This document shows, one piece after another, positions 19,674 through 33,422 of a stretch of 64,000 bases of DNA. Position 1 is the stretch's first letter, and each line of letters starts with the position of its first letter. The notes beneath the pieces are model-generated. The model made no database searches, was not told the origin of the DNA, and worked only from the letters and a program-made list of their open reading frames with translations. A program made the position numbers and the translations under genes. The DNA comes from an uncultured Acidobacteriota bacterium (GTDB taxonomy: Bacteria > Acidobacteriota > Vicinamibacteria > Vicinamibacterales > JAKQTR01), in assembly GCA_963834645.1 (NCBI GenBank), contig CAWICP010000018.1, positions 2,534 to 66,533 on the forward strand, read 5' to 3'.

Positions 19674-20926
19674 TCCGAGAGCCAGCATGTCCGTCCGAAG
19701 CGTCTGCCGCTCGCCGGATCGACGCGCCAGCGCGCCGCCGTCGACGAGCACCTCGGCCGGCATCCGGCGGCGGTTGTAGTTCGACGCCATGACGAACCCG
19801 TAGGCGCCCGCGTCGAGCACCGCGACGAGGTCGTCGACCTCGACCGGCCCGAACTCGCGTTCGTGCCCGAGCGTGTCGCTGGTCTCGCAGAGCGGCCCGA
19901 CGACTTCGCACGTCCTGCACGTCCCCCGCCCGCGGCGTCACGGCGACGATGCGGTGGAACGCGTCGTAGAGCATCGGGCGGATGAGTTCCGTCATGCCCG
20001 TGTCGAGGATGACGAACCGCGGGCAGCCCGGCGTACGCCTTCGTGTCGGCCACGCGGCCCACCAGGATGCCGGCCGGCGCCGCGAGGAAGCGGCCCGGCT
20101 CGAGCAGCAGGTGCAGGCCCGTCTGGCGCACGGCCGGCAGCACGGCCGCCGCGTACTCGGCGGGGCTGCCGTGGGCGCCGCCGTCGTAGGCGATGCCGAG
20201 GCCGCCGCCGAGGTCGATGTGCTCGAGGCGGAGCCCGGCGTCCCGCACCTCCCTGGCCAGGTCGGCCAGGGCCCGCGCCGCGCTGCCGAGCGGCTCGACG
20301 TCGAGGATCTGCGATCCGAGGTGGACGTGCAGGCCGACGAGCTCGAGGCCCGGCTTGCCGGCCAGGCGCCGCAGCAGCGGCGCGGCGGCTTCGATGGGCA
20401 CGCCGAACTTGTTGGCGCGCCGCCCGGTCGAGATGTGCGCGTGGGTGTTCGCGTCGATGTCGGGGTTCACGCGCAGCGCGACCCGCGCCTTCACGCCCCG
20501 CGCGCGCGCCAGCGCGTCGATGCGGTCCGCCTCGCCGTCCGACTCGATGTTGATGGCCTTCACGCCGAGCGCGACCGCACGGTCGAGTTCGTCGCGCGTC
20601 TTGCCGACGCCGGTGAACACGATCTGTCGACGGGTCGAACCCGGCGCGCAGGGCCGCTTCGATCTCGCCGCCGGAGTTCGCGTCGGCGCCGGCGCCGAGG
20701 CCGCGGAGCAGGCGCAGGATGGCCAGCGTCGAGTTCGCCTTCAGCGCGTAGTGCAGCGTGTGCGGGTAGCCCTCGAAGGCCGACGTCGAGCGCGGCGCAG
20801 GCGTCCCGGATGAGCGCCGGCGCTGTAGATGTAGACCGGCGTGCCGGTGCCGGCGGCCATCTCGGCCACCGGGATGCCGTCGCAGGTGAGCTGTCCGTCA
20901 CGCAGAGTGAATCCGGTCACGATCAT
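19650..20926 (-). CDS. lysA: Diaminopimelate decarboxylase; at least four frame breaks, 3' end approximate
   Basis: MIVTGFTLRDGQLTCDGIPVAEMAAGTGTPVYIYS, ...YALKANS..., FTGVGKTRDELDRAVALGVKAINIESDGE...LRVNPDIDANTHAHISTGRRANKFG...VGLHVHLGSQI...IDLGGGLGIAY, and LDAGAYGFVMASNYNRRRMPAEVLV. Confidence 0.85.
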
Positions 20927-20952
20927 GGCATCTTATCCGAGGCGCCGCGGGT

Positions 20953-20981
20953 TTGACACCCCCCACCGCTCACGGTATTCT
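20953..20981 (+). promoter_or_regulatory. Candidate sigma-70-type promoter for the sigma-factor operon
   Basis: TTGACA (20953-20958), a 17-nt spacer, then TATTCT (20976-20981), about 20 nt upstream of ATG 21002. Identified by sequence pattern only. Confidence 0.4.
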
Positions 20982-21001
20982 GCGGCGTTACTGCGTCTGC
21001 G

Positions 21002-21640
21002 ATGACCACGATGGACCCGACCACCACGCCTTCGGAACCCGACACCCTGATCGAGCGCTGCCTGAAGGGCGACCAGCAGGCCTGGGAGCAGATCGTCCGC
21101 CAGCACTGGCGGCAGGTGTTCAACGTCGCGTACAAGTTCGTCGGCCGGCACGACGAGGCGGAGGACCTGACGCAGGACGTCTTCCTGAAGATCTTCAAGT
21201 CGCTCGCCACCTTCGACCGGCGCGCGAACTTCCAGACCTGGCTCGTCAGCGTCAGCCGCAACCTCTGCATCGATCACTACCGCAGCGTCCGCAAGGAGCG
21301 GGAGACGATCAACCGCGACGTGAACGCCGACGACCTGTCGCCGCATGTCGGTCGAGATCAGCGCCGCACGTCGCCCTCGAGCGCCGCGACCTCGCCCAGG
21401 AGCTGCGGCGGGCGCTGCAGCGAGCTGCCCGAGACGCTGCGGACGGCGGTCGTGATGCGCGACATCCAGGAGCTGTCCTACCAGGAGATCGCCGACCGGC
21501 TGCAGCTGCCGGAAGGCACCGTGAAGTCGCGGATCAACCGCGGCCGGCACGAACTTGCGCGGCAGATCACGCGTCTCAGAGAAAAGGGCCTGGGCCCGCG
21601 AGCGGCCGCCGGGCAGGCCGGCCGCCGTTCCGGAGTATGA
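21002..21640 (+). CDS. ECF-type (regions 2 and 4 only) RNA polymerase sigma factor; internal out-of-frame stretch ~21345-21422
   Basis: Region 2: WEQIVRQHWRQVFNVAYKFVGRHDEAEDLTQDVFLKIFKSLATFDRRANFQTWLVSVSRNLCIDHYR. Region 4: LPETLRTAVVMRDIQELSYQEIADRLQLPEGTVKSRINRGRHEL. The stretch between reads better in the other frame (APHVALERRDLAQELRRALQ). Confidence 0.85.
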   Translation: MTTMDPTTTPSEPDTLIERCLKGDQQAWEQIVRQHWRQVFNVAYKFVGRHDEAEDLTQDVFLKIFKSLATFDRRANFQTWLVSVSRNLCIDHYRSVRKERETINRDVNADDLSPHVGRDQRRTSPSSAATSPRSCGGRCSELPETLRTAVVMRDIQELSYQEIADRLQLPEGTVKSRINRGRHELARQITRLREKGLGPRAAAGQAGRRSGV

Positions 21641-21986
21641 GCATGAAGCTGACCATCGACCGCGTCCGCGACATCACCGTCGTCCGCGTCGCCGAGAGCC
21701 GGCTGATGTACCCGCTGCTGTCCGACTTCTCGGCCGCCGTCGCCGGCCTCATCGGCGCAGGCGAGACGCAAGGTGATCGTCGACCTCACGCCCGTCGTCT
21801 ACGTCGACAGCGCCACGATCGGCTGCCTGATGGACCTGTACCGCCAGGCCGCGGCCGCCGGCGGGTCGCTGAAGCTCGCCGGCGTGCAGAAGCGGGTCGA
21901 GACGATGCTGACGATGACCGGGGCGCACAACTTCATCCAGTTGTACGCCGACGAAGCCGACCGCGCTGGCCAGCTTCGAGGGGTAG
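21637..21986 (+). CDS. STAS domain protein (anti-sigma-factor-antagonist type); extra bases near 21766 and 21961
   Basis: ATG 21637 overlaps the sigma stop (ATGA). MSMKLTIDRVRDITVVRVAESRL...GAGETKVIVDLTPVVYVDSATIGCLMDLYRQAAAAGGSLKLAGVQKRVETMLTMTGAHNFIQLYADEADALASFEG, with TAG 21984-21986 after removing two inserted bases. Confidence 0.75.
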
Positions 21987-21988
21987 CC

Positions 21989-22272
21989 ATGCGGACCATC
22001 AAGACCACCACCGGCGCCGAGATCCCCCTCGACGGCGACCTGCTGACCGTCATGGAGACGCTGTACCACGAGGTGACGGCGCGCAGGGAGCTGGAACGGT
22101 CGTTCGAGGACATGGTGCGGGAGATTGCCCACCTGATCGACCAGATGACCGACGAGGAGCGCAACACCTACCTGCAGGAGAGCCTCTTCCTGAACAGCGT
22201 CACCTACGAGAACGAGCGGCTCGGCGCCTACATGCGGAAGCTGGCCGGGGGCGCGAGACGCCTCGGCGCCCG
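21989..22272 (+). CDS. Small hypothetical helical protein (about 94 aa as read; no in-frame stop before the next gene)
   Basis: The ATG lies 2 nt after the STAS stop. MRTIKTTTGAEIPLDGDLLTVMETLYHEVTARRELERSFEDMVREIAHLIDQMTDEERNTYLQESLFLNSVTYENERLGAYMRKLAGG. I recognise no family. The stop is presumably lost to a frame error, or the ORF is an N-terminal extension of the radical SAM gene. Confidence 0.35.
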
Positions 22273-23645
22273 ATGGCGCTCCATCACCTGGCTACGCGTT
22301 TCACCTGCTCCTGGCCGTGGAGCACCCTCGTCATGCTCTGCGACGGCCGCATCGTCTGCGGCTGCGCCGACCCGTACGCGAAGCGCGTGCTGGGCGACAC
22401 CCGCACGTCGTCGCGTCCACGACATCTGGACCGGCCCGACCATCGCCGCGCTGCGCGACGACCTGAACCGCGGCGGCTCGACGTTCTGCGGCGACTGCCC
22501 GCTGAAGCTGCCGCTCGGCGAAGGACGAGGCCCCGCCGCGAGCGCGGCCTCGACGTGCCGCCCCAGCCCTCGCGCCTCTACGTCGAGTGCACGGCCGCCT
22601 GCAACATCTCGTGCTTCCAGGCCTGCTGCGCGCCGGAGACCGGCATCACGCGCACGCGCCAGGCCGGCATGCTCGACTTCGATCTCTTCACGCGCGTCAT
22701 CGACGAGGCCGGGCCCTCGCTCGGGCGCGATCGACTTCTTCAACTACGGCGAGGCGTTCCTGCACAAGCGCGCCGTCGAGATGTGCGAGTACATCAAGGC
22801 GACGTTCCCGCACATCTACCTCTACACGAGCACGAACGGCCTGGCGTTCACGGAGGAGTCGGCGCGGCGCCTGGTGCGCTCGGGCATCGACGAGGTGACG
22901 TTCTCGATCGACGGCGCGTCGCAGGAGACCTACGCGCGCTACCGGCAGCGCGGGCGATTCGACGTCGCCGTCGGCCAACCTGCGCGCGATGGCGGACGAG
23001 AAGCGGACGGCCGGCCGCGACGTGCCCGTCATCAACTGGCGCTACATCCTCTTCACCTGGAACGACAGCGACGAGGAGATGGAGCGCGCGCGGGAGATGG
23101 CCGCCGAGATCGGCGTCGATCGGCTGACGCTGGGAGATCACGGATCATCCCGAGGACGCGTTCTCGCGGCGGTTCGTGCCCGGGTACGCCCGACTACGAG
23201 CGCATCCGGCACGAGGTCTGGGACACGAACAACCTCGGCAACGCGATTCCCGGCGCGACGCCGCGGGCGCGCATCGAGGTGCCCGGCGCCGTTGCCGGGG
23301 CTGCCGCTCATCGCGCGGCGCGGGACGCACGCTCACCGTGCAGACGCGCGTCCACAACCTGTCCGACGCGCCCGTTCCCGCGCGAGGCCAGCTACGGCCG
23401 GCGCCTCGTGCGCCTCGGCGCCCAGCTGTGCGACGCGGGCGGCACCGTCCTCGAACCGCGACTACGCCCGGGCCTGGCTGCCGCACACCATCGGCGGCGG
23501 CGAGCAGGCCGAGGTGCCCATCGAGATCCCCGCGCCCGCCGAGCCCGGCCGCTACCAGCTGAAGTTCGACCTCGTCAGCGAGGGCATCGACTGGTTCGAG
23601 GCCTGCGGGTCGGAGACGACGCTGAAGCCGCTGCGGGTCTGGTAG
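22273..23645 (+). CDS. Radical SAM enzyme with an N-terminal SPASM-like Cys module and a C-terminal beta-rich domain; about six frame breaks
   Basis: MALHHLATRFTCSWPWSTLVMLCDGRIVCGCADPYAKRVLGDTRTSSVHDIWTGPTIAALRDDLNRGGSTFCGDCPLK, then the core LYVECTAACNISCFQACCAPE...IDFFNYGEAFLHKRAVEMCEYIKATFPHIYLYTSTNGLAFTEESARRLVRSGIDEVTFSIDGASQETYARYRQRG. The tail reads ...INWRYILFTWNDSDEEMERAREMAAEIGVDRL...WEITDHPEDAFSRRFVPGTPDY...GRYQLKFDLVSEGIDWFEACGSETTLKPLRVW. Confidence 0.7.
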
Positions 23646-23912
23646 GCGCCTGACGGTGCGGTTCGGCCGGCGAGCACATAGTCCACCGGACAGCCGCGTT
23701 CTGCAGGTACACTCGAACTACACTCATTGCACCCAGCCGCCGCGCCGCTTCCGCCGGCAACGCGCTGGCACCTTCATCGGCCGGCCGCGTGGCGGCTCGG
23801 ATTCACCCGTGCTGCTCGTGGCAGCCTCCTGACCGTCTTCCAGCGTCAAACGCCGATGGGTGCTGCCGGTCGTGGGGCCGACCGCCAGCACAGCCGCTCT
23901 GAGGAGCACCCG

Positions 23913-25547
23913 ATGTCTGCCGTGCCATCCTGGAATCCGGCGAGTCTTCCCTATCCGCTCCCCGGCTTCCTGCCGGACCTGCTCGAGTGCGTCGCCGAGG
24001 GCGTCATCGCCGCCGACCTCGAGGGGCGGTTCGTCCTGTTCAATTCGAGCGCCCAGCGCATGCTCGGGCTCGGGCCTCACGACGTGCCGAGCGAGCAGTG
24101 GACCGAGACGTACGGGATGCTTCCTCGAGGACACGGTGACCCCGTTCCCGCCCGAGCAGGTGCCGCTGGCCAGGGCGATCCGCGGCGAAACCGTGCAGGA
24201 CTGCCTGGTCCACATCCGGAACCCGAAGGTGCCAGACGGCCTCTGGATCAACGTCAGCGGCACCCCGCTCCGCGACAAGGACGGCGTGCTGTACGGCGGC
24301 GTGGCCGTGTTCCGCGAGGTGACCGGCGAGCGGCGGACACTCGAGCGGACCCGCCTCCTGTCCGCCGTCGCCGAACAGACTGCCGACGCGGTCGATGATC
24401 ACGGACCGGCAGGGCGTGATCGAGTACGTGAATCCCGGCGGTCGAGAAGATGACCGGCTTCGCGCCCGACGAACTGGTCGGGCAGACGCCGCGGGTCCTC
24501 CGGTCCGGCCTGCACACCAACGCCGACTACGCCGGCATGTGGGCCACGCTCATGAAGGGCGACGTGTTCCGGGGCACGCTCATCAACCGGAAGAAGGCCG
24601 ACGGCGCGATCTACTACTCCGAGCAGACCATCACGCCCATCCGCGACTCGGCCGGGCGCGGTGTCACGCTTCGTCTCGGTCGGCAAGGACCTCACCGAGG
24701 TGCCGGGCCTCGCTCGAGCGATCCAGCAAGCTCGACCTGGCCCGCTCGGTGCAGCAGCGGATGTACCCGACTGCGCCTCCCGGCGACTGCGGATTCGACG
24801 TCGCCGGCACGGCCATCCCCGCCGACGAGACCGGCGGCGACTACTACGACTATCTCCAGCTGCCCGGAGGCGGCCTCGCGCTGGCCGTCGGCGACGTGAG
24901 CGGGCACGGGTTCGACGCGGCGCTGCACATGGTCCAGGCGCGCACCATGCTGCGCGCGGTCATCCCGACGCAGTCCGACCCGGGCGCGGTCCTCGCCCAG
25001 ATGAACAGCCTGCTCCTCGACGAACTCGACGAACAACCGGTTCATCACCCTGGTGCTGGCGTGCCTGCATCCGCAGTCCCGCACGCTGCGCTACGCGAGC
25101 GCCGGCCACACGACGGGCTACCTGCTCGGCGTCGTGCGGGCGCGCTCAAGGCCGAGCTTGCGCAGCACGGGCGTGCCGCTCGGGCCTGATCCCCGGGGCG
25201 CGCTTCGAATCGGTCGCGATCGCCGCGGCTCGAGGAGGGCGATCATCGTCGCGCTCGTTCACGGACGGGATCGTCGAGAGCGTCGACCGATGACGCCTAC
25301 TACGGCCCGGAGGGCGCCCTGAAGCGACCTCAGGCGCCACCGCCACGAGCCGGCGGCGGACATCGTCCAGCACGTCTGCCAGGCCGCGCAGGCGTTCGCC
25401 CGGGGCCCGCAGACCGACGACATGACCATGGTGGTCTGCAAGGTCGGCGCCCGCCCAGGCGATCGCGGCCGATGCCCGCGTCCTGAGCCGTGCCGGCCTG
25501 TACAGACCCAGGGCCGCGGTTGCTCAGGCCGCGGCCCCGGTCTCTGA
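23913..25547 (+). CDS. PAS-PAS-PP2C (SpoIIE/RsbU-type) serine phosphatase; about four frame breaks, 3' end uncertain
   Basis: PAS 1: LLECVAEGVIAADLEGRFVLFNSSAQRMLG...INVSGTPLRDKDGVLYGGVAVFREVT. PAS 2: VMITDRQGVIEYVNP...MTGFAPDELVGQTPRVLRSG...INRKKADGAIYYSEQTITPIRDSAG. PP2C: VQQRMYPTAPPGDCGFDVAGTAIPADETGGDYYDY...LAVGDVSGHGFDAALHMVQARTMLRA...LFTDGIVES...TDDMTMVVCKV. Confidence 0.75.
25511..25537. terminator. GC-rich hairpin between the convergent PP2C gene and lpxC
   Basis: GGGCCGCGG (25511-25519), a 9-nt loop, then CCGCGGCCC (25529-25537). Followed by the polypurine tract GAAGGAGGAGGAGGGAGGAG. Confidence 0.35.
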
Positions 25548-25569
25548 AGGAGGAGGAGGGAGGAGTCGA

Positions 25570-26469
25570 CTACCCGGCTTTCACCGGGACCGCCGCCGGC
25601 ATGAACCCGGCGGCCTGCTCGGGCACCAGTTCCACCACCTTCCACGCGTCGCGCTCTTCGAGAACCCGCTTCGCGAAGGCCGTGTGCAGCGCGTGGCCGG
25701 CCCGGTGGGCCACCAGGTGCCCGATGATCGGATAGCCCACCAGGGACAGATCCCCGATGGCATCCAGGATCTTGTGGCGCACGAACTCGTCTTCGTACCG
25801 GAGCTGGTTGTTCAGCACGCCGGTCTCGCTCAGCACGATGGCGTTCTCGAGCGACCCGCCCAGCGCGAGCCCCTGCTGGCGCAGCAATTCCACCTCGTGC
25901 AGGAACCCGAAGGTCCGCGCCGGCGCGATGTCGTCGACAAACGTCTGCTCGTCAATCCGCAGCGTGTGCGACTGGTGCCGCAGCAGCGGGTGATCGAAGC
26001 TGATGCTGTAGGTGACCTTGAAGTAGTCCGACGGGTACAGCGAGATCAGCTTGTCGCCGCGCGACAGCGTGATCGGGCGCAGCACCTTCAGGTACCGCCG
26101 CGGCGTCGCCAGCGTCCGGAGCCCGGCTTCCTGGATCAGGTAGACGAACGGCGCCGAGCTGCCGTCCATCACCGGCACTTCCCGGTGGTCGAGCTCGACA
26201 ATCGCGTTGTCGAGCCCCATGCAGGTCATCGCCGCCAGCAGGTGCTCGACCGTCTCCACCACCGCGCCGTTGTGCGACAGGCAGGTGGCGTGGTTGGTGC
26301 CGCCGACATGCGCGACCGACGCCGGAATGTCGATGCCGAGGTCGCTGCGCCGGAACCGGATCCCGGTGTCCGCCGCCGCGGGCTTCAGCGTCAGGTTGAC
26401 TTTGTGGCCGGAGTGGAGGCCGATACCGGCACAAGCCACCTGGCGTCGAAGGGTCCGTTGAAACGTCAT
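25570..26469 (-). CDS. lpxC: UDP-3-O-acyl-N-acetylglucosamine deacetylase
   Basis: Intact 299-aa ORF. MTFQRTLRRQVACAGIGLHSGHKVNLTLKPAAADTGIRFRR...VETVEHLLAAMTCMGLDNAIVELDHREVPVMDGSSAPF...TFGFLHEVELLRQQGLALGGSLENAIVL...FVRHKILDAIGDLSLVG. Confidence 0.95.
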   Translation of the reverse strand: MTFQRTLRRQVACAGIGLHSGHKVNLTLKPAAADTGIRFRRSDLGIDIPASVAHVGGTNHATCLSHNGAVVETVEHLLAAMTCMGLDNAIVELDHREVPVMDGSSAPFVYLIQEAGLRTLATPRRYLKVLRPITLSRGDKLISLYPSDYFKVTYSISFDHPLLRHQSHTLRIDEQTFVDDIAPARTFGFLHEVELLRQQGLALGGSLENAIVLSETGVLNNQLRYEDEFVRHKILDAIGDLSLVGYPIIGHLVAHRAGHALHTAFAKRVLEERDAWKVVELVPEQAAGFMPAAVPVKAG

Positions 26470-26542
26470 CGTTATCTCGCCGGCTCCCCAGATGAAGCCA
26501 CCGGGAACAAAGCAATCCCCATACCGGCGACGTCACTCAGGA

Positions 26543-26571
26543 ATAATCTGCTCTAAATATATATCGAACAA
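26543..26571 (-). promoter_or_regulatory. Candidate lpxC promoter inside an unusually AT-rich ~45-bp patch
   Basis: On the minus strand: TTGTTC (26571-26566), a 17-nt spacer, then GATTAT (26548-26543). The surrounding sequence ctctaaatatatatcgaacaatatcttacag stands out in a ~70% GC context. It lies ~75 nt upstream of the lpxC ATG. Confidence 0.3.
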
Positions 26572-26707
26572 TATCTTACAGACATTACAGCCGCCTTCGA
26601 CCAACGGCAGAACGCTCGTTCTGTGGCCAAACAGCCACGGCCTCTCTGGAACAGAGTGTGGCGATTCAGCCACACCCCTGACCCATGGTACCATCCTGCG
26701 TCCGGCA

Positions 26708-29559
<2,852 letters not shown>

Positions 29560-29611
29560 TGCAGGGACAATCGGGCCGTGCCCAAACATGAAATTCTACC
29601 ATGCGGGGCGC

Positions 29612-29617
29612 TATAAT
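29612..29617 (+). promoter_or_regulatory. Perfect TATAAT -10 hexamer in the uvrA / Mo-enzyme divergent intergenic region
   Basis: gcgcTATAATcgcc lies 108 nt upstream of ATG 29725. The -35 is weak (TGAAAT at 17 nt). On the opposite strand, TAGAAT lies ~40 nt upstream of the uvrA ATG. Confidence 0.3.
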
Positions 29618-29724
29618 CGCCGCACTCCCGGCCCGCCGGCCGGGCCGTCCCCCGGGCTGCTGCCCTGAGCCGTCGAAGGGAAGCCCCGGGGCTCCATCGC
29701 CCACTTCGCCTCCGGGGTTGCTGG

Positions 29725-31871
<2,147 letters not shown>

Positions 31872-31875
<4 letters not shown>

Positions 31876-33422
31876 CCGCCGCGCATCGCCCCATCGTGTT
31901 CACGCTGAACGGGAGGCGGGTGTCGCTGCGCGTGCACCCGCTGAAGCGCCTGCTCGACGTCCTGCGGGAAGACTGCGGGCTGACGGGCACGAAGGAAGGC
32001 TGCGGCGAAGGCGAGTGCGGCGCGTGCACGGTGCTCGTCGACGGGCAGGCGGTCAACTCGTGCCTGGTGCCGGTGGCCCATGCGGCGGGAACGAAGGTGC
32101 TCACGATCGAAGGTCTGAAAGGCCGCCACCCGCTGCAGCGCGCCTTCGCCGAGTCCGGCGGGGCCCAGTGCGGCTTCTGCACGCCGGGCATGATCATGGC
32201 GGCCGCCGCGCTGGGGCCGCGCCCGACGCTCGATGAGGTGCGCACGGGCCTTGCCGGCAACATCTGCCGGTGCACGGGGTACGAGGGGATTTACAGGGCC
32301 ATCAGGAAGCCAGAAGCCAGAAGCCAGAAGACAGAAGCACAGAAGCAAGAAGCGAAGCAGAGCAAGAAGGAAGAGCGCGGACGCCCGAATCCCGAATCCC
32401 GAGTCCGCGAAGCCCGATCGGCGAAGCGCGCGGAGGCGGCGGTGAGGACCGCGGTCTCGCCCCTGGTGCTCCTGCAGCCGCGGTCGGTGCGCGAGGCGCT
32501 CCGGATGCTGCGCGACGAGGGCCCGCTCACGCCGCTGGCGGGCTGCACGGATCTCTACGTCGGCTTCAACGTCGGCGCGCTGGCCGACCGGCGGTTCCTG
32601 AACGTCCGGGGCCTCGGCACACTCCGCGGGATCGAGGTGCGCGGCGACGTGCTCCGGATCGGGGCCCTGACGACGTATCGCGAGATCATCGAGTCGGCCC
32701 ACGTGCGCCGCCGCCTGCCCATGCTCGCCGCGGCCGCGCGGGAGATTGGCGCGGTGCAGATCCAGAACCGCGGCACCCTCGGCGGGAACATCGCCAACGG
32801 CTCGCCCGCCGGAGACACCCTGCCCGTGCTCGCCGCCGCGGAGGCGCTCGTCGAGCTTCGCAGCCTCGACTGGACGCGCAAGGTGCCCTTCGCGGACTTC
32901 TACACGGGCTACCGCGCGAGCGTCCGGCGGACGGACGAACTCATCACGGCCATCGAGGTGCCCCGGGTGGAGGGCGCGCAGTGGTTCCGCAAGGTCGGCA
33001 CGCGCGCGGCGCAGTCGATTTCCAAGGTGGTGATGGCGGGCGTGCGCGCCGACCGGCCGCGCATCGCGCTCGGCAGCGTGGCGCCCACCGTCGTCCGCGC
33101 GCGTCGAACGGAGGACGCGCTCGCGTCGGGCGCGACGCTCGCCGAGGCGCAGCAGGTGCTGCAGCAGGAGATCAGCCCGATCGACGACATCCGGTCGACC
33201 GCCGCCTACCGGCGGGAAGTCGCCGCGCGCCTGCTGGCGCAGTTCTGGGCTCGAGCAGCCGCCGCCTCATGGCCCTGCTACTTCCCCAGCGCGGCCAGCT
33301 TCTCGCGCGCCTTCGTCACGTCGCGGTGGAAGACGAACAGCTTGTCCGCGTTGTCGGACTTGTCGGTGAAGTTCCAGGTCTTGCCGCCCTTCTGCTTCAC
33401 CTTCAGTTCCTTCTTCAGGTAG
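31872..33422 (+). CDS. Fused (2Fe-2S)-binding small subunit + FAD-binding (CoxM/XdhA-type) subunit, as read; the true 3' end is probably near ~33270
   Basis: 2Fe-2S: GTKEGCGEGECGACTVLVDG...NSCL and GGAQCGFCTPGMIMA...NICRCTGY. A repeat-encoded linker KPEARSQKTEAQKQEAKQSKKEERGRPNPESR follows. FAD domain: LLQPRSVREALRML...PLAGCTDLYV...IQNRGTLGGNIANGSPAGD...SKVVMAG...DDIRSTAAYRREVA. The ORF tail after ~33270 overlaps the convergent PEGA gene and looks non-coding. Confidence 0.8.
32309..32406. repeat. Heptanucleotide repeat array inside the inter-domain linker
   Basis: GCCAGAA x3 (32309-32329), GACAGAA (32330-32336), then degenerate GCACAGAA/GCAAGAA units. CCCGAAT CCCGAAT CCCGAGT follows (about 32384-32404). 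Confidence 0.7.

Noticed and set aside
23646-23912. 267-nt non-coding gap before the PP2C gene as a possible sRNA or riboswitch (contains a TACACTC direct repeat at ~23707-23724)
   Set aside because: I could not find a convincing promoter/terminator pair or a stable conserved-looking structure by eye. It is more likely an ordinary internal promoter region. It would need a covariance-model scan to say more.
25546-25566. Polypurine tract GAAGGAGGAGGAGGGAGGAG as a regulatory element or stacked Shine-Dalgarno sites
   Set aside because: It lies between two convergent stop codons, so no start codon follows it on either strand. It is most simply part of the 3' untranslated/terminator region.
32309-32406. 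Heptamer arrays (also at 46106-46132 and 47077-47104) as a possible CRISPR array
   Set aside because: The units are 7 nt, directly abutting, with no spacers and no cas genes. They are microsatellite/REP-like repeats, not CRISPR.
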